This document shows, piece by piece, positions 40,617-52,900 of a DNA stretch of 64,000 nucleotides. The translations under genes and the position numbers were made by a program. Below the pieces are notes generated by a model. It ran no database searches and had not been told where the DNA came from. It saw only the letters and a list, made by a program, of their open reading frames with translations. Source of the stretch: Eledone cirrhosa. Taxonomy: Eukaryota. The stretch lies in contig CAXHJY010000105.1 in assembly GCA_964016885.1 (NCBI GenBank), positions 806,001 to 870,000 on the forward strand, read 5' to 3'. Each line of letters begins with the position of its first letter. Within the stretch, counting starts at the first letter, position 1.

Positions 40617-41417
40617 CTGAAGGGATGGCAAGGGAGACACAGTGGAACAGCCAATCTACCTGACAAGGCTCACACCTGTGAGTAGCCTACTCTACTCCAA
40701 TAATAGTGAGCAGGATGTGGTCCAGGAGCCAAAGATGCTGGAAGTCTCCAGGCTCAACCACAAACCTATCAGAGAACACCACTTATCAGTTTTATATATA
40801 AGAATCTGGAGGGGAGGGTCTGACTTTTACACAAGACTAACTTATATTTTGAGCCTATATGGTGTATATAACACTGCAACTGTAAATACCCTAACTCACC
40901 CTAACCCTAATTAGTTTCTCATGTGGAAAAAAAAAACTAACTTTTTTAATTTAGAAGCAAAAATTGTGCAGATTTTGAATCTGAAGATTGCTTATTTTTT
41001 TAAGGCAAAATGAGAGACAGGTCTCATCTGACAGACATCGATCTTAAGTCATCGTCATCAACCATCAATATCATAATTTACCGACTATTTTCAATGCTTG
41101 CATGGGTTAAACAAATTATGTTTGGAGACAATGTCAAGTTAGGTGACCAAGTCTTGCTCATACGGATATAATTTTTGGTTTGGTTTCTATGGAGAGGTGC
41201 CCTTCCTAATGCTAACCATGTTACAGCATTGACTGGGTGCCTTTTGTCGTTTCCCCAGCACTACCACTTTACATTTACATGGTGGACTTGGTGCTTTTTT
41301 GTCATCATAAGCATGACCACCTTACAGGGTGGGCTGGGTGCTTTTTGTCATGGTACCAGTACTATTTATTACAGGGTGGACTGGACGCTTGTCGAGGCAA
41401 TAACATTGTAGGAGAGC

Positions 41418-44400
41418 AGGTGTGGTGTCCACCTTTCCATACCTGTATACACAGGTAAGACAGGAGAGGTGTGGTGTCCACCTTTCCATACCTGTATACA
41501 CAGGTAAGACAGGAGAGGTGTGGTGTCCACCTTTCCATACCTGTATACACAGGTAAGACAGGAGAGGTGTGGTGTCCACCTTTCCATACCTGTATACACA
41601 GGTAAGACAGGAGAGGTGTGGTGTCCACCTTTCCATACCTGTATACACAGGTATGACAGGAGAGGTGTGGAGTCCACCTTTCCATACCTGTATACACAGG
41701 TAAGACAGGAGAGGTGTGGAGTCCACCTTTCCATACCTGTATACACAGCTAAGACAGGAGAGGTGTGGAGTCCACCTTTCCATACCTGTATACACAGGTA
41801 AGACAGGAGAGGTGTGGTGTCCACCTTTCCATACCTGTATACACAGGTAAGACAGGAGAGGTGTGGTGTCCACCTTTCCATACCTGTATACACAGGTATG
41901 ACAGGAGAGGTGTGGAGTCCACCTTTCCATACCTGTATACACAGGTAAGACAGGAGAGGTGTGGTGTCCACCTTTCCATACCTGTATACACAGCTAAGAC
42001 AGGAGAGGTGTGGAGTCCACCTTTCCATACCTGTATACACAGGTAAGACAGGAGAGGTGTGGTGTCCACCTTTCCATACCTGTATACACAGGTAAGACAG
42101 GAGAGGTGTGGAGTCCACCTTTCCATACCTGTATACACAGGTAAGACAGGAGAGGTGTGGTGTCCACCTTTCCATACCTGTATACACAGCTAAGACAGGA
42201 GAGGTGTGGTGTCCACCTTTCCATACCTGTATACACAGGTAAGACAGGAGAGGTGTGGTGTCCACCTTTCCATACCTGTATACACAGCTAAGACAGGAGA
42301 GGTGTGGTGTCCACCTTTCCATACCTGTATACACAGGTATGACAGGGGAGGTGTGGTGTCCACCTTTCCATACCTGTATACACAGGTAAGACAGGAGAGG
42401 TGTGGTGTCCACCTTTCCATACCTGTATACACAGGTAAGACAGGAGAGGTGTGGTGTCCACCTTTCCATACCTGTATACACAGGTAAGACAGGAGAGGTG
42501 TGGAGTCCACCTTTCCATACCTGTATACACAGGTAAGACAGGAGAGGTGTGGTGACCACCTTTCCATACCTGTATACACAGGTAAGACAGGAGAGGTGTG
42601 GTGTCCACCTTTCCATACCTGTATACACAGATAAGACAGGAGAGGTGTGGTGTCCACCTTTCCATACCTGTATACACAGGTAAGACAGGAGAGGTGTGGT
42701 GTCCACCTTTCCATACCTGTATACACAGCTAAGACAGGAGAGGTGTGGAGTCCACCTTTCCATACCTGTATACACAGGTAAGACAGGAGAGGTGTGGTGT
42801 CCACCTTTCCATACCTGTATACACAGGTAAGACAGGAGAGGTGTGGTGTCCACCTTTCCATACCTGTATACACAGGTAAGACAGGAGAGGTGTGGTTTCC
42901 ACCTTTCCATACCTGTATACACAGGTAAGACAGGAGAGGTGTGGAGTCCACCTTTCCATACCTGTATACACAGGTAAGACAGGAGGTGTGGTGTCCACCT
43001 TTCCATACCTGTATACACAGGTAAGACAGGAGAGGTGTGGAGTCCACCTTTCCATACCTGTGTACACAGGTAAGACAGGAGAGGTGTGGAGTCCACCTTT
43101 CCATACCTGTATACACAGGTAAGACAGGAGGTGTGGTGTCCACCTTTCCATACCTGTATACACAGGTAAGACAGGAGGTGTGGAGTCCACCTTTCCATAC
43201 CTGTATACACAGCTAAGACAGGAGAGGTGTGGTGTCCACCTTTCCATACCTGTATACACAGCTAAGACAGGAGAGGTGTGGAGTCCACCTTTCCATACCT
43301 GTATACACAGGTAAGACAGGAGAGGTGTGGTGTCCACCTTTCCATACCTGTATACACAGGTAAGACAGAAGAGGTGTGGAGTCCACCTTTCCATACCTGT
43401 ATACACAGGTAAGACAGGAGAGGTGTGGTGTCCACCTTTCCATACCTGTATACACAGCTAAGACAGGAGAGGTGTGGAGTCCACCTTTCCATACCTGTAT
43501 ACACAGGTAAGACAGGAGAGGTGTGGAGTCCACCTTTCCATACCTGTATACACAGGTAAGACAGGAGAGGTGTGGTGTCCACCTTTCCATACCTGTATAC
43601 ACAGGTAAGACAGGAGAGGTGTGGTGTCCACCTTTCCATACCTGTATACACAGGTAAGACAGGAGAGGTGTGGTGTCCACCTTTCCATACCTGTATACAC
43701 AGCTAAGACAGGAGAGGTGTGGTGTCCACCTTTCCATACCTGTATACACAGGTAAGACAGGAGAGGTGTGGTGTCCACCTTTCCATACCTGTATACACAG
43801 GTAAGACAGGAGAGGTGTGGTGTCCACCTTTCCATACCTGTATACACAGGTAAGACAGGAGAGGTGTGGAGACCACCTTTCCATACCTGTATACACAGCT
43901 AAGACAGGAGAGGTGTGGAGTCCACCTTTCCATACCTGTATACACAGGTAAGACAAGAGAGGTGTGGTGTCCACCTTTCCATACCTGTATACACAGGTAA
44001 GACAGGAGAGGTGTGGTGTCCACCTTTCCATACCTGTATACACAGGTAAGACAGGAGAGGTGTGGAGTCCACCTTTCCATACCTGTATACACAGGTAAGA
44101 CAAGAGAGGTGTGGTGTCCACCTTTCCATACCTGTATACACAGGTAAGACAGGAGAGGTGTGGCGTCCACCTTTCCATACCTGTATACACAGGTAAGACA
44201 GGAGAGGTGTGGTGACCACCTTTCCATACCTGTATACACAGGTAAGACAGGAGAGGTGTGGTGTCCACCTTTCCATACCTGTATACACAGCTAAGACAGG
44301 AGAGGTGTGGTGTCCACCTTTCCATACCTGTATACACAGGTAAGACAGGAGAGGTGTGGTGTCCACCTTTCCATACCTGTATACACAGGTATGACAGGAG

Positions 44401-47400
44401 AGGTGTGGTGCCCACCTTTCCATACCTGTATACACAGCTAAGACAGGAGAGGTGTGGTGTCCACCTTTCCATACCTGTATACACAGGTAAGACAGGAGAG
44501 GTGTGGAGTCCACCTTTCCATACCTGTATACACAGCTAAGACAGGAGAGGTGTGGTGTCCACCTTTCCATACCTGTATATACAGGTAAGACAGGAGAGGT
44601 GTGGTGTCCACCTTTCCATACCTGTATACACAGGTAAGACAGGAGAGGTGTGGTGTCCACCTTTCCATACCTGTATACACAGGTAAGACAGGAGAGGTGT
44701 GGAGTCCACCTTTCCATACCTGTATACACAGGTAAGACAGGAGAGGTGTGGTGTCCACCTTTCCATACCTGTATACACAGGTATGACAGGAGAGGTGTGG
44801 TGTCCACCTTTCCATACCTGTATACACAGGTAAGACAGGAGAGGTGTGGTGTCCACCTTTCCATACCTGTATACACAGGTATGACAGGAGAGGTGTGGTG
44901 CCCACCTTTCCATACCTGTATACACAGCTAAGACAGGAGAGGTGTGGTGTCCACCTTTCCATACCTGTATACACAGGTAAGACAGGAGAGGTGTGGAGTC
45001 CACCTTTCCATACCTGTATACACAGCTAAGACAGGAGAGGTGTGGTGTCCACCTTTCCATACCTGTATACACAGGTAAGACAGGAGAGGTGTGGTGTCCA
45101 CCTTTCCATACCTGTATACACAGGTAAGACAGGAGAGGTGTGGTGTCCACCTTTCCATATCTGTATACACAGGTAAGACAGGAGAGGTGTGGAGTCCACC
45201 TTTCCATACCTGTATACACAGGTAAGACAGGAGAGGTGTGGTGTCCACCTTTCCATACCTGTATACACAGCTAAGACATGAGAGGTGTGGTGTCCACCTT
45301 TCCATACCTGTATACACAGGTAAGACAGGGGAGGTGTGGAGTCCACCTTTCCATACCTGTATACACAGGTAAGACAGGAGAGGTGTGGAGTCCACCTTTC
45401 CATACCTGTATACACAGGTAAGACAGGAGAGGTGTGGTGTCCACCTTTCCATACCTGTATACACAGGTATGACAGGAGAGGTGTGGTGTCCACCTTTCCA
45501 TACCTGTATACACAGGTAAGACAGGAGAGGTGTGGTGTCCACCTTTCCATACCTGTATACACAGGTATGACAGGAGAGGTGTGGTGTCCACCTTTCCATA
45601 CCTGTATACACAGGTATGACAGGAGAGGTGTGGTGTCCACCTTTCCATACCTGTATACACAGCTAAGACAGGAGAGGTGTGGAGTCCACCTTTCCATACC
45701 TGTATACACAGGTAAGACAGGAGAGGTGTGGTGTCCACCTTTCCATACCTGTATACACAGGTAAGACAGGAGAGGTGTGGAGTCCACCTTTCCATACCTG
45801 TATACACAGGTAAGACAAGAGAGGTGTGGTGTCCACCTTTCCATACCTGTATACACAGGTAAGACAGGAGAGGTGTGGCGTCCACCTTTCCATACCTGTA
45901 TACACAGGTAAGACAGGAGAGGTGTGGTGACCACCTTTACATACCTGTATACACAGGTAAGACAGGAGAGGTGTGGTGTCCACCTTTCCATACCTGTATA
46001 CACAGCTAAGACAGGAGAGGTGTGGTGTCCACCTTTCCATACCTGTATACACAGGTAAGACAGGAGAGGTGTGGTGTCCACCTTTCCATACCTGTATACA
46101 CAGGTATGACAGGAGAGGTGTGGTGCCCACCTTTCCATACCTGTATACACAGCTAAGACAGGAGAGGTGTGGTGTCCACCTTTCCATACCTGTATACACA
46201 GGTAAGACAGGAGAGGTGTGGAGTCCACCTTTCCATACCTGTATACACAGGTATGACAGGAGAGGTGTGGTGCCCACCTTTCCATACCTGTATACACAGC
46301 TAAGACAGGAGAGGTGTGGTGTCCACCTTTCCATACCTGTATACACAGGTAAGACAGGAGAGGTGTGGTGTCCACCTTTCCATACCTGTATACACAGGTA
46401 AGACAGGAGAGGTGTGGAGTCCACCTTTCCATACCTGTATACACAGGTAAGACAGGAGAGGTGTGGTGTCCACCTTTCCATACCTGTATACACAGGTATG
46501 ACAGGAGAGGTGTGGTGTCCACCTTTCCATACCTGTATACACAGGTAAGACAGGAGAGGTGTGGTGTCCACCTTTCCATACCTGTATACACAGGTATGAC
46601 AGGAGAGGTGTGGTGTCCACCTTTCCATACTTGTATACACAGGTATGACAGGAGAGGTGTGGTGTCCACCTTTCCATACCTGTATACACAGGTAAGACAG
46701 GAGAGGTGTGGTGTCCACCTTTCCATACCTGTATACACAGCTAAGACAGGAGAGGTGTGGTGTCCACCTTTCCATACCTGTATACACAGGTAAGACAGGG
46801 GAGGTGTGGAGTCCACCTTTCCATACCTGTATACACAGGTAAGACAGGAGAGGTGTGGAGTCCACCTTTCCATACCTGTATACACAGGTAAGACAGGAGA
46901 GGTGTGGTGTCCACCTTTCCATACCTGTATACACAGGTATGACAGGAGAGGTGTGGTGTCCACCTTTCCATACCTGTATACACAGGTAAGACAGGAGAGG
47001 TGTGGTGTCCACCTTTCCATACCTGTATACACAGGTATGACAGGAGAGGTGTGGTGTCCACCTTTCCATACCTGTATACACAGGTATGACAGGAGAGGTG
47101 TGGTGTCCACCTTTCCATACCTGTATACACAGGTAAGACAGGAGAGGTGTGGTGTCCACCTTTCCATACCTGTATACACAGCTAAGACAGGAGAGGTGTG
47201 GTGTCCACCTTTCCATACCTGTATACACAGGTAAGACAGGGGAGGTGTGGAGTCCACCTTTCCATACCTGTATACACAGGTAAGACAGGAGAGGTGTGGT
47301 GTCCACCTTTCCATACCTGTATACACAGGTAAGACAGGAGAGGTGTGGTGTCCACCTTTCCATACCTGTATACACAGCTAAGACAGGAGAGGTGTGGAGT

Positions 47401-47740
47401 CCACCTTTCCATACCTGTATACACAGGTAAGACAGGAGAGGTGTGGTGTCCACCTTTCCATACCTGTATACACAGGTAAGACAAGAGAGGTGTGGAGTCC
47501 ACCTTTCCATACCTGTATACACAGGTAAGACAGGAGAGGTGTGGTGTCCACCTTTCCATACCTGTATACACAGGTAAGACAGGAGAGGTGTGGAGTCCAC
47601 CTTTCCATACCTGTATACACAGGTAAGACAAGAGAGGTGTGGAGTCCACCTTTCCATACCTGTATACACAGGTAAGACAGGAGAGGTGTGGTGTCCACCT
47701 TTCCATACCTGTATACACAGGTAAAACAGAAATGGTGTGG
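41418..47740. repeat. 49-bp minisatellite, ~129 copies (gaggtgtggtgtccacctttccatacctgtatacacaggtaagacagga)
   Basis: Visible directly. Variant patterns repeat at multiples of 49 (for example 245, 441 and 1470 bp). Confidence 0.98.
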
Positions 47741-47744
47741 TAGG
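47709..47744 (-). CDS. Possible 36-bp host exon ((A)YHTISVLPVYT) overlapping the first 49-bp repeat unit
   Basis: Acceptor ggttttgatag|CC, donor CAG|gtatgg. Phase 1 matches exon 48877-48985. Confidence 0.45.
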
Positions 47745-47933
47745 CTATCAAAACCATAATCAATAAAGTACATCGTTATAAACAAGTGGTCATCAATCAG
47801 TTCAATCCATTTGCCAATATTTTAACCCAATATTTTCCTGGTGAGATTTCAGTCCATAACCTTTCATTTCTATAATCCTTATTGATTATTTTAAAATTTA
47901 ATTTTTTCATATTCAATAATAAAAAATATTGAT

Positions 47934-48086
47934 TTAACCCTTTTTACATTATATATACTATTGTATTTTGGGGGTAAAGGCTTTATCTCGCATAATATTG
48001 AATCTATGACATTTTGATATTTATTTTGAGAATAATACCTTAATGTGGGTATGAGTAGCCGGTTATGGTCGGTTTATATGCTAAAA
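47934..48086 (+). mobile_element. Diverged copy of the TTAA MITE
   Basis: Aligns to 29316-29528 by eye. Confidence 0.7.
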
Positions 48087-48484
48087 TTTTTCTTTTAAAT
48101 GTAATCTTCGCATTTTGATATTATAAAACAAAAAACAAAAACACAGTCCACGCTGTAATGTGGCTGTGTAGGTAACCCGGTAAAAACCTCCCAGTTCCAC
48201 ACTGTAAATGTGGATGGTGTTAGGAAGGGCATCCAGCTGGAGAAAACCTGCTAGATAGTCCTATATGAGCGAGACACGGTCACCCGACCTACCTTGCCTC
48301 AAGTGGGACAACTCCCGTCTAACTCATGCTAGCGTGGAAGATGGACATTAAACAAAGATGATGATGATGATGATTTTTGATAATCTTCCATAGTTAAAGT
48401 TGCTGTCAGACAACCAATGTGACCAGTGTTTGGCAGTTGTACCAATAAAAATAAAGAAAGTCAGGGTTTTTTTAAAAATCCACG

Positions 48485-48782
48485 TTAACCCTTTAGCATT
48501 TAAACCAGCTATCATACAACCATTTAGCATTTAAACCAGCTATCATACAACCCTTTAGCATTTAAACCAGCTATCATACAACCCTTTAGCATTTAAACCA
48601 GCTATCATACAACCCTTTAGCATTTAAACCAGCTATCATACAACCCTTTAGCATTTAAACCAGCTATCATACAAAAGTTAAGGTATTGTTCTCAAAATAA
48701 ATAATATCAAAATCTCATAGGTGCAATAGTATGTGAGAAAGTGTTTACTGTGAAAATACAATAGTAAATGCTAATGGGTTAA
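48485..48782 (-). mobile_element. TTAA MITE copy whose terminus is amplified as a ~33-bp tandem repeat (about 6 copies)
   Basis: (aaccctttagcatttaaaccagctatcatac)n followed by reverse-complement MITE body, ending aaatgctaatgggttaa. Confidence 0.75.
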
Positions 48783-48876
48783 TATAAATAAATGCCTGAA
48801 CGTCACCAAATGTCCCCCCCCCCTCCCTATATAAGCAGCGTAACATAAATAGGTTTGTCATCACTATGTCACCTAC

Positions 48877-48985
48877 CTGGACACCTACACAGCCACTGAC
48901 TGCTTAAGCAATCACTTTTGTCTGTGTTCTGGTAATCTCTAAAACCAAATTCTTTTAGTGACAGGAATCCAATGTGTTCTCCTCT
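48877..48985 (-). CDS. Probable host gene exon (RGEHIGFLSLKEFGFRDYQNTDKSDCLSSQWLCRCP)
   Basis: Strong acceptor ctctctctttttctctcccag|AGA, donor CAG|gtaggt, and only one open frame. No domain recognised. Confidence 0.6.
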
Positions 48986-49470
48986 CTGGGAGAGAAAAAG
49001 AGAGAGACCAATTTTTGGAATTGGGATTTTCTGGAAATTTCCAACACACAAAAAAAAAAGCCTGCAAAATAAATAAACAAACAAATAAACAAACAAATTA
49101 AATAATGGTTTCTGATTTAGGCACAAGGCCAGCAATTTGTGGAGGGGAAGTCACTTAAATCAACCCCAGTGTGTTACTGGTACTATATTTTGTTAAAATG
49201 GTTTCTGATTTAGGTAATGGCTGACATTTTTGAAGGAGGGGAAATTTGATTAAATCGACCCCAGTGCATTCCAGGTACTTTATTTTATTAACAAAAGCAA
49301 ACTTCAGCGGGATTGAAGTTCAAAATGTAAAAGGACATAACTCTATACCACAAAGCATTTTGTCCGACACTACCAATTATTGCTAATCTACCGACCTAAA
49401 CAAAGTAAATAATAGCACAAAAATATATTAAACACAAATTTAAATAACAAAATATATTTTATATGTTTTC

Positions 49471-49879
49471 ATGGTACCAAGACACCTGAACAGCTTTTGA
49501 TGGTACCAAGACACCTGAACAGCTTTTGATGGTACCAAGACACCTGAACCGCTTCTGATGGTACCAAGACACCTGAACAGCTTCTGATGGTACCAAGACA
49601 CCTGAACAGCTTTTGATGGTACCAAGACACCTGAACAGCTTTTGATGGTACCAAGACACCTGAACAGCTTTTGATGGTACCAAGACACCTGAACAGCTTT
49701 TGATGGTACCAAGACACCTGAACAGCTTTTGATGGTACCAAGACACCTGAACAGCTTTTGATGGTACCAAGACACCTGAGCAGCTTCTGATGGTACCAAG
49801 ACACCTGAGGAGCTTCTGATGGTACCAAGACACCTCAACAGCTTTTGATGGTACCAAGACACCTGAACAGCTTTTGATG
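49471..49879. repeat. 29-bp minisatellite (atggtaccaagacacctgaacagcttttg), about 14 copies
   Basis: Visible directly. Confidence 0.97.
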
Positions 49880-49911
49880 ATCTCAGTGAATAAATAATCT
49901 TCATTCAGAGC
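49855..49911 (-). CDS. Possible exon (ALNEDYLFTEIIKSCSGVL) running into the 29-bp repeat
   Basis: Open frame, and the phase-0 end fits exon 48877-48985. Both splice sites are weak. Confidence 0.25.
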
Positions 49912-49956
49912 CTGGTGGTCTTTCAACAGTCAGTACATCTCGAGGACATACATAGA

Positions 49957-52900
49957 GAATGGTAGCTGTAGAGTGTGGAATGGTAGCTGTAGAGTGTGGA
50001 ATGGTAACTGTAGAGTGTGGAATGGTAGCTGTAGAGTGTGGAATGGTAGCTGTAGATTGTGGAATGGTATGTGTAGAGTGTGGAATGGTAACTGTAGAGT
50101 GTGGAATGGTAACTGTAGAGTGTGGAATGGTAGCTGTAGAGTGTGGAATGGTAACTGTAGAGTGTGGAATGGTAGCTGTAGAGTGTGGAATGGTAGCTGT
50201 AGAGTGTGGACTGGTAGCTGTAGAGTGTGGAATGGTAGCTGTAGAGTGTGGAATGGTAGTTGTAGAGTGTGGAATGGTAGCTGTAGAGTGTGGAATGGTA
50301 GCTGTAGAGTGTGGAATGGTAGCTGTAGAGTGTGGAATGGTAACTGTAGAGTGTGGAATGGTAGCTGTAGAGTGTGGAATGGTAAAAGTAGAGTGTGGAA
50401 TGGTAACTGTAGAGTGTGGAATGGTATGTGTAGAGTGTGGAATGGTATGTGTAGAGTGTGGAATGGTAGCTGTAGAGTGTGGAATGGTAACTGTAGAGTG
50501 TGGAATGGTAGCTGTAGAGTGTGGAATGGTAGCTGTAGAGTGTGGAATGGTAGCTGTAGAGTGTGGAATGGTAGCTGTAGAGTGTGGAATGGTAGCTGTA
50601 GAGTGTGGAATGGTAGCTGTAGAGTGTGGAATGGTAGCTGTAGAGTGTGGAATGGTAACTGTAGAGTGTGGAATGGTATGTGTAGAGTGTGGAATGGTAG
50701 CTGTAGAGTGTGGAATGGTAACTGTAGAGTGTGGAATGGTAGCTGTAGAGTGTGGAATGGTAGCTGGAGAGTGTGGAATGGTAGCTGTAGAGTGTGGAAT
50801 GGTAGCTGTAGAGTGTGGAATGGTAGCTGTAGAGTGTGGAATGGTAGCTGTAGAGTGTGGAATGGTAGCTGTAGAGTGTGGAATGGTAACTGTAGAGTGT
50901 GGAATGGTATGTGTAGAGTGTGGAATGGTAGCTGTAGAGTGTGGAATGGTAACTGTAGAGTGTGGAATGGTAGCTGTAGAGTGTGGAATGGTAGCTGGAG
51001 AGTGTGGAATGGTAGCTGTAGAGTGTGGAATGGTATGTGTAGAGTGTGGAATTGTAGCTGTAGAGTGTGGAATGGTATGTGTAGAGTGTGAAATGGTAGC
51101 TGTAGAGTGTGGAATGGTATGTGTAGAGTGTGGAATGGTAACTGTAGAGTGTGGAATGGTAACTGTAGTGTGTGGAATGGTAACTGTAGTGTGTGGAATG
51201 GTAACAGTAGTGTGTGGAATGTTAACTTGTAGAGTGTGGAATGGTAACTTGTAGAGTGTGGAATGGTAACTGTAGAGTGTGGAATGGTAGCTGTAGAGTG
51301 TGGAATGGTAACTATAGAGTGTGGAATGGTAGCTGTAGAGTGTGGAATGGTAGCTGTAGAGTGTGGAATGGTAGCTGTAGAGTGTGGAATGGTAACTGTA
51401 GAGTGTGGAATGGTAGCTGTAGAGTGTGGAATGGTAGCTGTAGAGTGTGGAATGGTAACTGTAGAGTGTGGAATGGTAGCTGTAGAGTGTGGAATGGTAG
51501 CTGTAGAGTGTGGAATGATAACTAGAGTGTGGAATGGTAGCTGTAGATTGTAGAATGGTAGCTGTAGAGTGTGGAATGGTAGCTGTAGAGTGTGGAATGG
51601 TAGCTGTAGAGTGTGGAATGGTAACTGTAGAGTGTGGAATGGTAGGTGTAGAGTGTGGAATGGTAGCTGTAGAGTGTGGAATGGTAGCTGTAGAGTGTGG
51701 AATGGTAGCTGTAGAGTGTGGAATGGTAGCTGTAGAGTGTGGAATGGTAGCTGTAGAGTGTGGAATGGTAATTGTAGAGTGTGGAATGGTAGCTGTAGAG
51801 TGTGGAATGGTAGCTGTAGAGTGTGGAATGGTAGCTGTAGAGTGTGGAATGGTAATTGTAGAGTGTGGAATGGTAGCTGTAGAGTGTGGAATGGTAGCTG
51901 TAGAGTGTGGAATGGTAATTGTAGAGTGTGGAATGGTAGCTGTAGAGTGTGGAATGGTAGCTGTAGAGTGTGGAATGGTAACTGTAGAGTGTGGAATGGT
52001 AACTGTAGAGTGTGGAATGGTAACTGTAGAGTGTGGAATGGTAGGTGTAGAGTGTGGAATGGTAGCTGTAGAGTGTGGAATGGTAACTGTAGAGTGTGGA
52101 ATGGTAGCTGTAGAGTGTGGAATGGTAGGTGTAGAGTGTGGAATGGTAGCTGTAGAGTGTGGAATGGTAACTGTAGAGTGTGGAATGGTAGCTGTAGAGT
52201 GTGGAATGGTAGCTGTAGAGTGTGGAATGGTAGCTGTAGAGTGTGGAATGGTAACTGTAGAGTGTGGAATGGTAACTGTAGAGTGTGGAATGGTAACTGT
52301 AGAGTGTGGAATGGTAGCTGTAGAGTGTGGAATGGTAACTGTAGAGTGTGGAATGGTAACTGTAGAGTGTGGAATGGTAGCTGTAGAGTGTGGAATGGTA
52401 GCTGTAGAGTGTGGAATGGTAATTGTAGAGTGTGGAATGGTAGCTGTAGAGTGTGGAATGGTAGCTGTAGAGTGTGGAATGGTAGCTGTAGAGTGTGGAA
52501 TGGTAATTGTAGAGTGTGGAATGGTAGCTGTAGAGTGTGGAATGGTAGCTGTAGAGTGTGGAATGGTAATTGTAGAGTGTGGAATGGTAGCTGTAGAGTG
52601 TGGAATGGTAGCTGTAGAGTGTGGAATGGTAACTGTAGAGTGTGGAATGGTAACTGTAGAGTGTGGAATGGTAACTGTAGAGTATGGAATGGTAACTGTA
52701 GAGTGTGGAATGGTAGCTGTAGAGTGTGGAATGGTAACTGTAGAGTGTGGAATGGTAACTGTAGAGTGTGGAATGGTAACTGTAGAGTGTGGAATGGTAG
52801 CTGTAGAGTGTGGAATGGTAGGTGTAGAGTGTGGAATGGTAGCTGTAGAGTGTGGAATGGTAACTGTAGAGTGTGGAATGGTAACTGTAGAGTGTGGAAT

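Noticed and set aside
47745-47800. 'YFIDYG' Tudor-like motif in ORF 47378-47785
   Set aside because: There is an in-frame stop just upstream, no acceptor between it and the motif, and no other Tudor motifs. Probably chance.
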